Assembly: GCA_007118145.1 (NCBI GenBank)
Contig: SKSD01000010.1
Location: 69,896 to 133,895, forward strand
From: Halobacteriales archaeon
Lineage (GTDB): Archaea; Halobacteriota; Halobacteria; Halobacteriales; SKSH01
Length of the DNA stretch: 64,000 bases
Direction: 5' to 3'
Below the pieces are notes generated by a model. The model ran no database searches. It had not been told where the DNA came from and saw only the letters and a program-made list of their open reading frames with translations. Every line of letters starts with the position of its first letter. The first letter of the stretch is position 1. Position numbers and translations under genes: made by a program. Positions 1-9,438 of the stretch are shown in pieces.

Positions 1-335
1 CGGCAAGACTCATCGAGAACGATCCCACCACACCCATCGGACTCGAATTCACGAGAAACGATGCAGGTGCGCTGTTCAACGTGGCTGGTGTGGCTGTGAC
101 CGATGCTGCGGGCAACGCGTCACTCGCGAATGAAACCGTCAAACACCTTCTCGCTGCGGAGGGTCAACACTTCTTCGTCCGGGTCAATGGCGAGTATCCG
201 GTCATCGATGGTATCGAGTACGTCGGTGACCTCCCCAACCCGGATGCATTGGAGTCACCGAGGTATAATCTCAGCCAGCTCATCGATTTCGATGAAGTGA
301 ACCAGATACTCACAACGTACAACATGCGGGTGTGA
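1..335 (+). CDS. Fe3+-type ABC transporter substrate-binding protein, C-terminal part (5'-truncated by window edge)
   Basis: Frame is open from base 3 (ARLIENDPTTPIGLEFTRNDAGALFNVAGVAV...EGQHFFVRVNGEYPV). It resembles the FbpA/FutA C-terminus and precedes the permease and ATPase. Confidence 0.75.
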   Translation, partial: ARLIENDPTTPIGLEFTRNDAGALFNVAGVAVTDAAGNASLANETVKHLLAAEGQHFFVRVNGEYPVIDGIEYVGDLPNPDALESPRYNLSQLIDFDEVNQILTTYNMRV

Positions 336-360
336 ACCCACTCGTATTGCGTCCCTACCG

Positions 361-378
361 TTTTAGGAAGCCCTAAAA
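361..378. promoter_or_regulatory. Palindrome TTTTAGG-AAGC-CCTAAAA, DtxR/IdeR-like iron box candidate
   Basis: Perfect 7-bp inverted repeat with a TTAGG...CCTAA core, 17 nt before the permease start in an iron-uptake operon. Confidence 0.55.
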
Positions 379-395
379 AAACACAGCTCCAAGAG

Positions 396-1988
396 TTGGG
401 TGACGAATCCGTGTCAACCTCAGCTCGACCGACCCTCGAGATACCCGATGATCACTGGAGCATCGGCCTTTTACTTATCTGCGCAGCCATCGCGGCGGCG
501 GTGATCTCTCCGCTCGTGTGGGTCTTCTGGCAGGCATCACAGGTGGACCTCGAGCAGGCGATCGAGCTGACCACGATGTCACAGACCCTCGGGATTATCC
601 CGAGATCGATCGCACTCATGGTGAGTGTGACAATCCTCTCGATGATCATCGGAGGTCCCCTCGCATTTCTCACCGGGCGGACGGATCTGCCAGCGAGTCG
701 ATTCTGGACGATAACCGCTGCGCTTCCACTGGTCATCCCGAGCTATATCGGGGCGTTCGCGTTCGTCTCTGCATTTGGACCACATGGCGAGTTCACCGAC
801 CTCCTCGGCATCGATGTGCCGACCATCGCTGGTTTCTGGGGTGCTGTATTGGTCATCACACTGTACACCTATCCGTATGTGTTCTTGACCACCCGGGCGG
901 CGTTACTCTCGATGGATGCCAGCCACGTCGATGCAGCACGCACCCTCAATGCGACCAGACTCGAGGCGTTCAGACGGATCACGATGCCGCGTATTCGGCC
1001 AGCGATAGCCGCTGGTGCCCTTCTCGTCGCTCTCTATGCGTTGGCAGATTTCGGTACGCCAGCGTTCATGCGTCTCGAGGTGTTCACCTCTGCGATCTAC
1101 TGGGAATGGGGTTTCGGTAACATCGAGTTCACCGCGCTCCTTGCGATACAGTTGCTCACAGTCGCCGCTGTCGTACTTGCGATCGAGGCACGTGTCGGTC
1201 GTGAGGTCAAACCCGGTGCGTCCGGTACGGGCACCCGTTTCAGGTTGGGTTGGCTCAGGTGGCCAGCGACCATTGCCCTGGCGTTTCTGGCCTTTCTCAC
1301 GCTCGTCGTTCCGGTCGTGATCTTCGGTATCTGGTTGACCAGAGACCCGTCGGTCGGTGCCGGTGTCGCGTTCAGACCAACATTCGCCATCAATTCACTC
1401 TATCTGGCTGCCGCGGCAGCGTTGGTCGCCGTGATCATGGCCGTTCCGGTGGCATATTACGCAGCCCGCGATGGGGGCATCCTCTCACGACTGTTCGAGC
1501 GAGCGACGTACGTCGGCTTTGCCGTCCCGGGGATTGTCATCGGTATCGCGCTGGTCTACTTCGGTGCGAACCTCATGCCTGCATTGTACCCGACCATACC
1601 ATTGCTGATCTTCGCATATGTGGTGCGCTTTCTCCCACAGGCCGTGGGCATCACCAGAAGTGCCGTCCTCCAGGTCGACGAACGGTACAGCGAGGCTGCA
1701 CGGACGCTCAACGCCAGTCGGTTTGGCTCGTTCAGACGGGTGATGCTCCCGTTGATCGTGCCCGGGGTCGTCGCTGGGGGCGGTCTCGTCTTCTTGACGA
1801 CCATCAAGGAGCTACCGGCAACGCTCATGTTGCAACCAGCTGGGCTCGAGACGCTTGTCACGGTCATCTGGCATGCCAACGAAACCCTGAGTTACGCGCA
1901 GGCTGCGATACCTGCACTCGTCCTCATCATCGTGTCGGGGCTTTCGATGTTGATCATCATCCGCCAGGAGCGATATCATGTTACGTGA
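396..1988 (+). CDS. Fe3+ ABC transporter permease (FbpB-like, duplicated TM domain)
   Basis: About 12 hydrophobic segments and two EAA-loop motifs (DAARTLNA, EAARTLNA). TTG start is uncertain. Confidence 0.9.
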   Translation: MGDESVSTSARPTLEIPDDHWSIGLLLICAAIAAAVISPLVWVFWQASQVDLEQAIELTTMSQTLGIIPRSIALMVSVTILSMIIGGPLAFLTGRTDLPASRFWTITAALPLVIPSYIGAFAFVSAFGPHGEFTDLLGIDVPTIAGFWGAVLVITLYTYPYVFLTTRAALLSMDASHVDAARTLNATRLEAFRRITMPRIRPAIAAGALLVALYALADFGTPAFMRLEVFTSAIYWEWGFGNIEFTALLAIQLLTVAAVVLAIEARVGREVKPGASGTGTRFRLGWLRWPATIALAFLAFLTLVVPVVIFGIWLTRDPSVGAGVAFRPTFAINSLYLAAAAALVAVIMAVPVAYYAARDGGILSRLFERATYVGFAVPGIVIGIALVYFGANLMPALYPTIPLLIFAYVVRFLPQAVGITRSAVLQVDERYSEAARTLNASRFGSFRRVMLPLIVPGVVAGGGLVFLTTIKELPATLMLQPAGLETLVTVIWHANETLSYAQAAIPALVLIIVSGLSMLIIIRQERYHVT

Positions 1989-3138
1989 GCATGCCCCACC
2001 GAACGGTTCATCTGAGGAGGCGAGGGCTACCCTCGAACATCCGCTGCTACGCCTCGAGGGCGTTCGCCGTGACTTTGGGAACGACTGCGCACTACAGGAG
2101 CTATCTCTCACCGTGTACGAAGGTGAGTTGCTCACGTTACTCGGGCCGTCGGGGTGTGGCAAGACCACCGCCCTCCGGTGCATTGCCGGCCTTGAAAACC
2201 TCGACGAGGGTCGCATCATCCTGGATGATGAGGTGATCGCGAATGCTGACCATTCGGTTCCACCCGAGCGACGCGATGTCGGCCTGGTCTTTCAGGACTT
2301 CGCCCTCTTCCCACATCTCACCGCTGCTGAGAACATCGCATTCGGAATCGAGGATTGGCCACGCGAGCAACGCCAGGCTCGCGTACACGAGCTGCTCGAA
2401 CTCGTCGACCTCGTCGACCAGGGTTCGAGCAAACCCGGCGAGCTCTCAGGGGGACAACAACAGCGTATCGCACTCGCCCGATCGCTCGCACCGGAGCCAG
2501 CCATCTTGCTACTCGACGAACCATTCTCGAACCTCGATGAGGCACAACGTGTCCGGATGCGTGAGGAGGTACGTCGTATCCTCAAGACCACCGGGACGAC
2601 TGCCATCTCGGTCACGCACGATCAGGAGGAGGCGCTTTCCATCTCTGACCGCCTCGCCGTCATGACCGACGGACACATCGAGCAGGTCGGCCATCCAGAG
2701 GCGGTCTTCCAACAGCCACGCTCACGGTTCGTCGCCGATTTCCTCGGCCATGCCGGCTTCCTCCCCGGACGCGTGATCGACGATGAAGTTGACACCTCGA
2801 TCGGTCGCATTCCACTCACACAGATCCGAGGGCTCACCGAGGACTATCAAGGTACTGACATCGATGTCCTCATCCGACCGGACGATATCACCGCGTTACC
2901 CGCACCGCCTGAGCGGGCTGATGGCCAGGTAATCTACCGACGGTACCTCGGGCCGTCGGTCTTGTATCGCGTGAAGGTCGGTGACGGTGTCTCACTCGAG
3001 ACATTACACAATCACTCAGACCAGATCGACCTCGACGAACCGGTATCGATACACCTCACCGCCGAGCACGAACTCGCATGGTTCCCTCGTGAGGGCGACC
3101 TCGCTGGCTATGCGGATGATCGCGACACATCGAATTGA
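1978..3138 (+). CDS. Fe3+/polyamine-type ABC transporter ATP-binding protein (FbpC-like)
   Basis: Walker A GPSGCGKT, signature LSGGQQQR, Walker B LLLDEP, and a C-terminal TOBE-like region. Confidence 0.92.
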   Translation: MLREHAPPNGSSEEARATLEHPLLRLEGVRRDFGNDCALQELSLTVYEGELLTLLGPSGCGKTTALRCIAGLENLDEGRIILDDEVIANADHSVPPERRDVGLVFQDFALFPHLTAAENIAFGIEDWPREQRQARVHELLELVDLVDQGSSKPGELSGGQQQRIALARSLAPEPAILLLDEPFSNLDEAQRVRMREEVRRILKTTGTTAISVTHDQEEALSISDRLAVMTDGHIEQVGHPEAVFQQPRSRFVADFLGHAGFLPGRVIDDEVDTSIGRIPLTQIRGLTEDYQGTDIDVLIRPDDITALPAPPERADGQVIYRRYLGPSVLYRVKVGDGVSLETLHNHSDQIDLDEPVSIHLTAEHELAWFPREGDLAGYADDRDTSN

Positions 3139-3244
3139 AGGAATTCGGGCAAATCCGAGGGGGCAACTTGTTGCGTGCCACGGCATAACATGTCTCGATT
3201 CAGAGTAATTCTTATCACCTGACCGGGGCCTACCTCATGATATC

Positions 3245-3523
3245 ATGCACAAAGACGAGTTACTCGAACTCCACGAGATGATGGTGACGATCATGGAGCA
3301 CTTCAGAGACCGACCCGATATCGATCCCACCCTCTTCGACCAGTATGACGAACTCGATGTCAAACCGAGCGATGTGCATAAATCAAAGAGTGAGCACAAG
3401 CATGCGGTGTTTGTCCTTGGTAACTCACTGGCGAACGCGATGAGTGATGACGAGTTCTCAAGCGCAGGGCGCATCGGAAAGCGCATGGAGGAACTCGCAG
3501 AGGATACCGAGAAACGACTTTAA
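3245..3523 (+). CDS. UPF0058 family protein
   Basis: MHKDELLELH...VHKSKSEHKHAVFVLG is typical of this archaeal family. Confidence 0.85.
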   Translation: MHKDELLELHEMMVTIMEHFRDRPDIDPTLFDQYDELDVKPSDVHKSKSEHKHAVFVLGNSLANAMSDDEFSSAGRIGKRMEELAEDTEKRL

Positions 3524-3565
3524 AGCGAACCTATTTTTCCCTCCCCCACCCAGGGTGCGGCGAGG

Positions 3566-4453
3566 ATGGTTTCCGAACTCTTCGATGAGGAGGTCTGGTC
3601 GGTCGTCGACTGTGTTGAGTACGGCGATATCACCTATCATATCCACGAGGATGGTGAGACCGCCCGGATCGCTTTCGACCGCCCGGCTGTTCGAAACGCG
3701 TTTCGACCCGAGACGGTTGACGAACTCTATGACGCACTCGAGCATGCCAGACAACACGTCGATATCGGCTGCGTCCTGCTCACCGGTAACGGCCCCTCAC
3801 CGAAAGACGGTGGGTGGGCGTTCTCAGCCGGTGGTGACCAGGTGATCAGAGGTCGAGCTGGGTATGACTATCACCGTGATGAGGATCCATCAGCACCGAT
3901 CGGCCGCCTGCATATCCTCGAGGTCCAGCGATTGATCCGGTTCATGCCGAAACCTGTCATCGCGGTTGTCCCTGGGTGGGCTGTCGGTGGGGGTCATAGT
4001 CTGCACGTCACGTGTGACCTCACCATCGCCAGCGAAGAGCATGCCAGGTTCATGCAGACCGATCCCGATGTAGGTAGCTTCGATGGTGGATTCGGTTCAG
4101 CGTATCTCGCCAGGCAGGTCGGCCAGAAGAAGGCACGTGAGATATTCTTCATCGGCAAGGAGTACGATGCTCAATCTGCAGCCGACATGGGGATGGTCAA
4201 CGCCGTCGTCAAACATGATCACCTCGAGGAGATTGCTCTCGAGTGGGCACACGAGATCAACACGAAGAGTCCAACAGCCATCAAGATGCTCAAGTTCGCG
4301 TTCAATCTCGATAGCGACGGACTCATCGGCCAGCAGGTGTTCGCCGGCGAGGCGACGAGGCTGTTCTACATGACCGAGGAGGCACAAGAGGGGCGGGACG
4401 CATTCGTCGAGAACAGACGACCTCGGTTCGAGGAGTATCCCTGGCGCTACTGA
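3566..4453 (+). CDS. menB: 1,4-dihydroxy-2-naphthoyl-CoA synthase
   Basis: Crotonase fold with FSAGGDQ, GWAVGGGHSLH and VGSFDGGFGS; adjacent to other men genes. Confidence 0.95.
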   Translation: MVSELFDEEVWSVVDCVEYGDITYHIHEDGETARIAFDRPAVRNAFRPETVDELYDALEHARQHVDIGCVLLTGNGPSPKDGGWAFSAGGDQVIRGRAGYDYHRDEDPSAPIGRLHILEVQRLIRFMPKPVIAVVPGWAVGGGHSLHVTCDLTIASEEHARFMQTDPDVGSFDGGFGSAYLARQVGQKKAREIFFIGKEYDAQSAADMGMVNAVVKHDHLEEIALEWAHEINTKSPTAIKMLKFAFNLDSDGLIGQQVFAGEATRLFYMTEEAQEGRDAFVENRRPRFEEYPWRY

Positions 4454-4493
4454 GCAATTCACGAAAGGCTTTTCACGCCAGCTCACACGAGCA

Positions 4494-4550
4494 ATGCTAG
4501 AGGCCGATGGAGACCCGTATTTTCTGACCGGATCGGTCGCACCTCGATGA
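4494..4550 (+). CDS. Putative 18-aa leader peptide (uORF) MLEADGDPYFLTGSVAPR upstream of hflX
   Basis: ATG at 4494 and TGA at 4548-4550, preceded by a BRE/TATA-like GAAAGGCTTTTCA (4463-4475). Function is inferred. Confidence 0.35.
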   Translation: MLEADGDPYFLTGSVAPR

Positions 4551-4644
4551 GTGTTGCCTGCATCAGTGCCGAGGGCTGTCGCTAGCGATCGATCATACCA
4601 GACAGAGATCGCCGAGTGAACACGCCGTTACCCACCACAACACC

Positions 4645-5928
4645 ATGCAACATTCAAATACAACGATGCAACAGAAGGATGCGCTCGTCGCCAAACGGCG
4701 CAGCGAATCACCAGTCGACACCGACGAGATCGTCGCATTGGCCACTGCTGCGGGATACACAGTGGCCGATACCGTGACCCAGGTCCGTCATGAGGATCCC
4801 GGACTGTACTTCGGTGCCGGGAAGGTAGATGCGATCGCGGCAATGGTCGGATCGAACGAGATATCGACCGTCATCGTCGACGGTGAACTCACCCCGGCAC
4901 AGCATCGAAACATCGCCGAACGATTGCCCGACGAGACCCGACTGATCGACCGTATCCGGCTCATTCTCGATATCTTCGCCGACCAGGCAACCGACACCCG
5001 TGCTAAGTTACAGGTCGAGCGGGAACAGCTTCGATACGAGCTATCGAGATATGAGGCGGCTCCAGATGAGGGTTGGTTCAACCGACGCACAGAGAAGGGC
5101 TCGCCCCGTTATGACCTACTCGACCGTATCGACCGCCTCAAACAAAAGCTCGAGGAGACACCACATCCCGGTGTGCGGATGCGACGCCAGCGTCGCGAGC
5201 AGGGGTTCGATCTCGTCACGATAGCCGGTTACACGAACGCCGGAAAGTCGACGTTGTTACATCGACTGGCTGACGATCTCGAGCTCTCCGCTCACGACGA
5301 CCATCATCAGGATACCTCGGCCACAGCTGCCATCGAGGATCGGCTCTTCAAGACGCTCGAGACGACCACACGTCGGGTCACCATCCGTGGTCGACCGGTA
5401 CTGTGTACCGACACCGTTGGGTATGTCGAAGCGCTCCCCCATCGTCTGATCGCATCATTCAGTGAGACACTCTCAGAGGCTGCCTCCGCAGATGTCGTGT
5501 TGTTGGTCACCGATGGGTCGGACGAACCCGACAGGTACCGTGATAAATTACAGGTCTCGATCGACGTGCTCGACGAACAGGGTGTCGACCGATCACGAGT
5601 CATCCCGGTCATCAACAAGATCGATCGCATCGATGAGCGAACGCTGCGAGAGCGCAAAGCACTCACCACCGGAGCGCTTTGCGAACCCGTGGCGATCAGT
5701 GCACGTGACGGTCGACACATCGATCGACTCCTCCAGCGTATCTACGAACACCTCCCGGTCGATCGCCGAGTCCTTGAGTTGCCGAATGAGGCAGCCGCGA
5801 TGTCACTCGTCTCTGAGGCATACGAGACCATGGATGTCAACGATGTCACCTATGAGGGTGATACGATACGCCTCGATGTCGAAGGTCGACCATCGGTCAT
5901 CGATACCTTCGAGGCACGCGTCCAGTAG
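4645..5928 (+). CDS. hflX: GTPase HflX family (divergent paralog)
   Basis: N-terminal HflX motifs (YFGAGK, IDRIRLILDIF); G1 GYTNAGKS, G2 LFKTLETTTR, G3 DTVG, G4 NKID, G5 SA. Confidence 0.92.
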   Translation: MQHSNTTMQQKDALVAKRRSESPVDTDEIVALATAAGYTVADTVTQVRHEDPGLYFGAGKVDAIAAMVGSNEISTVIVDGELTPAQHRNIAERLPDETRLIDRIRLILDIFADQATDTRAKLQVEREQLRYELSRYEAAPDEGWFNRRTEKGSPRYDLLDRIDRLKQKLEETPHPGVRMRRQRREQGFDLVTIAGYTNAGKSTLLHRLADDLELSAHDDHHQDTSATAAIEDRLFKTLETTTRRVTIRGRPVLCTDTVGYVEALPHRLIASFSETLSEAASADVVLLVTDGSDEPDRYRDKLQVSIDVLDEQGVDRSRVIPVINKIDRIDERTLRERKALTTGALCEPVAISARDGRHIDRLLQRIYEHLPVDRRVLELPNEAAAMSLVSEAYETMDVNDVTYEGDTIRLDVEGRPSVIDTFEARVQ

Positions 5929-5998
5929 AGTTCTGACTCGAACTGATGGTGGGGACGTTTGGCAACGTTTTCACCCCTCGGGGTGCGAGGGTCGCTCG

Positions 5999-6934
5999 AT
6001 GGAGGAGACCGGTACTGGTGACCGCCTTCGGGCATGGTGGACTGCAGCCAGGGTACACACACTCCCGGCAGGTGCAGCACCGGTCATCGTCGGTATCGGT
6101 ATCGCCCTCGAGCAGGAGATGTTCGCCCCCTGGCCTGCATTGGCAGCGCTGGTAGGGGCGTTGCTCATCCAGATCGGCACCAACTTCGCCAACGACTATT
6201 ACGATGCGATCAAGGGTGTCGATACACCTGACCGAGAGGGCTTTACGAGGGTGACCGCAGCCGGACTGCTTCGCCCAGCAGCGGTTCGTGATGCGATGAT
6301 TCTCACATTTACCGCATCGATCGTCCTCGGTGCGTACTTGGTCTATGTTGGTGGCATACCGATCCTGGTGATCGGGTTACTCAGCGTGGCTGCGGGTATT
6401 GCCTACACGGGCGGGCCGATGCCGTTTGGTTACCGTGGTCTCGGTGACCTCTTCGTGTTCGTCTTCTTCGGGCTGATAGCCGTGGTCGGCACGTTCTACG
6501 TTCAGGCCGCATCGATCGTCGCCGACCCACTCACACGGACAGTCCCTGCGGGGACGGTCGTCCTCGAATCTGGCCTCGCTGGTGTGGCGATGGGTGGACT
6601 CATCACAGCCATCCTCATCATCAACAACATCCGCGATATCGAAGAAGATCGCCAGGCTGGTAAACGGACATTGGCGGTCATCATCGGTCGTCGATGGAGC
6701 CGTGTGGAATTTTTACTTATGGTCTCCGTCGCCTACATCGTCCCGCTGTGGTTCATCATCGAGGGAGAGATGATCGGTGCTGGACTTGTCTTCCTGAGCC
6801 TCCCACTCGCGGGTTTGGTTGGTCGCGCAGTGCTCAGCGGGGTCGATGGGGCGACGTTGAACCCAGCCTTGACCAACATGGGAAGAGTCGTCCTTAGCTA
6901 TGCGCTGTTGTTCGCCATCGGGGTGAACCTGTGA
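5999..6934 (+). CDS. menA: 1,4-dihydroxy-2-naphthoate polyprenyltransferase
   Basis: UbiA family motifs NFANDYYD and NNIRDIEED. Start re-called at ATG 5999. Confidence 0.93.
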   Translation: MEETGTGDRLRAWWTAARVHTLPAGAAPVIVGIGIALEQEMFAPWPALAALVGALLIQIGTNFANDYYDAIKGVDTPDREGFTRVTAAGLLRPAAVRDAMILTFTASIVLGAYLVYVGGIPILVIGLLSVAAGIAYTGGPMPFGYRGLGDLFVFVFFGLIAVVGTFYVQAASIVADPLTRTVPAGTVVLESGLAGVAMGGLITAILIINNIRDIEEDRQAGKRTLAVIIGRRWSRVEFLLMVSVAYIVPLWFIIEGEMIGAGLVFLSLPLAGLVGRAVLSGVDGATLNPALTNMGRVVLSYALLFAIGVNL

Positions 6935-7956
6935 CGGACCTATCATACACCTCGTTCGAGATACCACTCGCCGACCCACTCCAGACGGCCTCTGGGAGTA
7001 TCGATACACGACGTGGATTCGTGGTTCGATACGGAGATGGTCTCGGTGAGGCGACACCGCTCAGTGGTTGGACGGAGACACCGAAAGCGACCGAGGAGGC
7101 ACTCGAAGCGGCCGGTGAGCATGTGCCCGGTGCTCCCTCGCGTGGGTTACTTGCATGTGATGATGCCCCAGCTGCACGGCATGGGCTCAGTCAGGCGATG
7201 CTTGATCACCACGCCAGACGACGTGGCCTCCCTCTGTACCGATATCTCGGGGCGTCGGAACCCATCCATACGGTCACCGTCAATGCGATACTGGATGAGA
7301 CACCCGTCGATGCGCTCACGACGCAGGCGAGTCAGGCGATCGCAGACGGGTTTCGCACCCTCAAGCTCAAGGTCGGCCGAGGACCGATCGATCACGATAT
7401 CGAGCGCCTCAGGCAGCTTCGCCGCACAGTGGGTGATGAGATCGAGCTCCGTGCAGATGCCAATGGTAGCTGGTCGACAGCAAACGCGGTCGGTGTGTGT
7501 AGGCAGGTTCGCGAGCTCGACCTTGCGTATCTCGAACAGCCCACCTCGGTGCACGACACAGCAAACCTCGGGGTGCTGGCTGAGACTGGCGTACCCATCG
7601 CACTCGATGAGACCATCGCGGCTGGTGAGGTACTGACCGCACTCCGTTCGCCGGTCACGGCAATCATCATCAAACCGATGGCTGTCGGCGGGATCGACCG
7701 CGCACTTGCGATTGCAAAGGCGACACGGCAGTGTGGGAAGCTCCCCGTGATCAGCGACCTTATCACCGGTGCGGTGGGGCGGGCAGGTGCGATCCACCTG
7801 GCTGCGGTGGTGAACGCGGCAACAGCACACGGGCTGGCGACCGGTTCGCGCCTCGATGGCGATCTCGTCGAGGGTGTCGGTGCGGTGACGAACGGGTGTG
7901 TGTCCGTCCCATCGGGTCTCGGTATCGGTCTCGACACCGAGGTGTTCAGACGGTGA
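6931..7956 (+). CDS. menC: o-succinylbenzoate synthase (enolase superfamily)
   Basis: KLKVG, DANG, EQP, DE and KP motifs; GTGA overlap with menA. Confidence 0.9.
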   Translation: MTDLSYTSFEIPLADPLQTASGSIDTRRGFVVRYGDGLGEATPLSGWTETPKATEEALEAAGEHVPGAPSRGLLACDDAPAARHGLSQAMLDHHARRRGLPLYRYLGASEPIHTVTVNAILDETPVDALTTQASQAIADGFRTLKLKVGRGPIDHDIERLRQLRRTVGDEIELRADANGSWSTANAVGVCRQVRELDLAYLEQPTSVHDTANLGVLAETGVPIALDETIAAGEVLTALRSPVTAIIIKPMAVGGIDRALAIAKATRQCGKLPVISDLITGAVGRAGAIHLAAVVNAATAHGLATGSRLDGDLVEGVGAVTNGCVSVPSGLGIGLDTEVFRR

Positions 7957-9389
7957 TCGGCCACCCCATACCCGACCTGCTCGCAAGCAGGAGTCGGTCA
8001 ACACCGGATGATGAGGTGCTCGTCATCGAGGGTGGTCGCCGGTACACCGCCAGCCAGCTTGACACCGCTGTCGCCTACCGTGCGGGTGCCATCGCCGAGC
8101 AACTGGAGGGTGACCACCAGCGTATTGGTATCAGCACCCCATCCCGTCATGAGGCACTCCTCGATGTACTGGCGACGATTCGAGCAGGTGGTGTCGCCAC
8201 GCCTGTTGACCCGGGTCTCGCCCGTGGGGATTACCTCGAACGCATCGAGTCAGGCGGTCTTGACGGCCTCATCATCGATGACGACCTCGCCGACGAGATC
8301 GGCGTGTCAGAACGTGATATCGCGCGAGTACAGACCACAGCATCAGCCGCACCGATACATGAGCGCTCGTTCGACCCACACAGTCCGTGCACCATGTTGT
8401 TCACCTCCGGGACACAGGGTGTGCCCAAATCGATAGTCCATACATGGTGGAATCACGTCGCCGCAGCGATCGCATCGGCTAAACGGCTCGGTGTCGAGCC
8501 CGACGATCGCTGGTACGACCCTCTCGCGCTCTACCACATGGGTGGGCTCGCCCCGATATCGCGCTGTCTGGTCGCAGGCATCCCGTTGGTGATCTCGCGA
8601 TCGGTGACCGCTAACAGGTTGCTCCAGCGGATCGATACCGCAGATGCATCAATCGCGTCGGTCGTACCCACCATGGTCCACGCCATCCTCGAGACCAATG
8701 GGCACACTCCAGACGCACTTCGATGTCTACTGGTCGGTGGTGCGCCACTGCGTGAGAGCCTGTTCGATCGTGCACGTTCTCGTGGTATCCCGATATGGTC
8801 GAGCTATGGACACACCGAGACCGTCGGGCAAGTGACGACCGCCACACCAGCCGAACGATCACGCCATCCAGGGACCGTCGGCACACCACTGCTCGGTATG
8901 TCAGTTCGGGTCGTCGAAGGGGGCGAACCATGTCCACCGGAGCGTATCGGGACGATCGAGATAACGGGTGAGATGGTGACACCGACAGCTGGTGACGGGG
9001 ATGGAGGGCATACAGCCACACTGGTGACGAACGATCTTGGCTACCGTGACGCGTTCGGACGCCTCTGGGTGGTCGGCCGTGTCGATGACGTCATCCAGAC
9101 AGGTGGGAAACTCGTACACCCGTTTCGTATCCAACAGGTGTTAGAGTCACATCCCGGTGTGAGCGAGGCTGCCGTTGTCGGTCTCCCTGACGACAGGTGG
9201 GGTGAGCTTGTATCGGCTGCGGTGATACCGTCCGATGTTGAGGTGACCATCGATGAACTCCTCGATAGGTGTCGCCAGGCGCTCCCATCGCATGCGATAC
9301 CACGACACATCGAACACGTCGATACACTGCCTCGAACACCCTCCGGGACGGTGGATAGAACCGCCCTGCGTGAACGTCTCTCACGATGA
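7953..9389 (+). CDS. menE: o-succinylbenzoate--CoA ligase
   Basis: AMP-binding motifs FTSGTQGVPK, SYGHTE and GRVDD; GTG start overlaps the menC stop. Confidence 0.88.
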   Translation: MIGHPIPDLLASRSRSTPDDEVLVIEGGRRYTASQLDTAVAYRAGAIAEQLEGDHQRIGISTPSRHEALLDVLATIRAGGVATPVDPGLARGDYLERIESGGLDGLIIDDDLADEIGVSERDIARVQTTASAAPIHERSFDPHSPCTMLFTSGTQGVPKSIVHTWWNHVAAAIASAKRLGVEPDDRWYDPLALYHMGGLAPISRCLVAGIPLVISRSVTANRLLQRIDTADASIASVVPTMVHAILETNGHTPDALRCLLVGGAPLRESLFDRARSRGIPIWSSYGHTETVGQVTTATPAERSRHPGTVGTPLLGMSVRVVEGGEPCPPERIGTIEITGEMVTPTAGDGDGGHTATLVTNDLGYRDAFGRLWVVGRVDDVIQTGGKLVHPFRIQQVLESHPGVSEAAVVGLPDDRWGELVSAAVIPSDVEVTIDELLDRCRQALPSHAIPRHIEHVDTLPRTPSGTVDRTALRERLSR

Positions 9390-9438
9390 GCGAAGACCCG
9401 CGAGGTTTATGGTCAAATGGTGTGGAGATTCAACCCCA

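Noticed and set aside
4499..4560. Fluoride (crcB) riboswitch-like start GGCCGATGGAG upstream of hflX
   Set aside because: The required downstream (C)TGATGACTCC pseudoknot partner and P1 pairing are absent.
7147..8004. 285-aa minus-strand ORF, and similar long ORFs such as 16648-17604, 25599-26474, 21779-22576 and 1250-2236
   Set aside because: Antisense or alternate-frame shadows of well-supported genes in GC-rich DNA, with non-acidic composition and no motifs.
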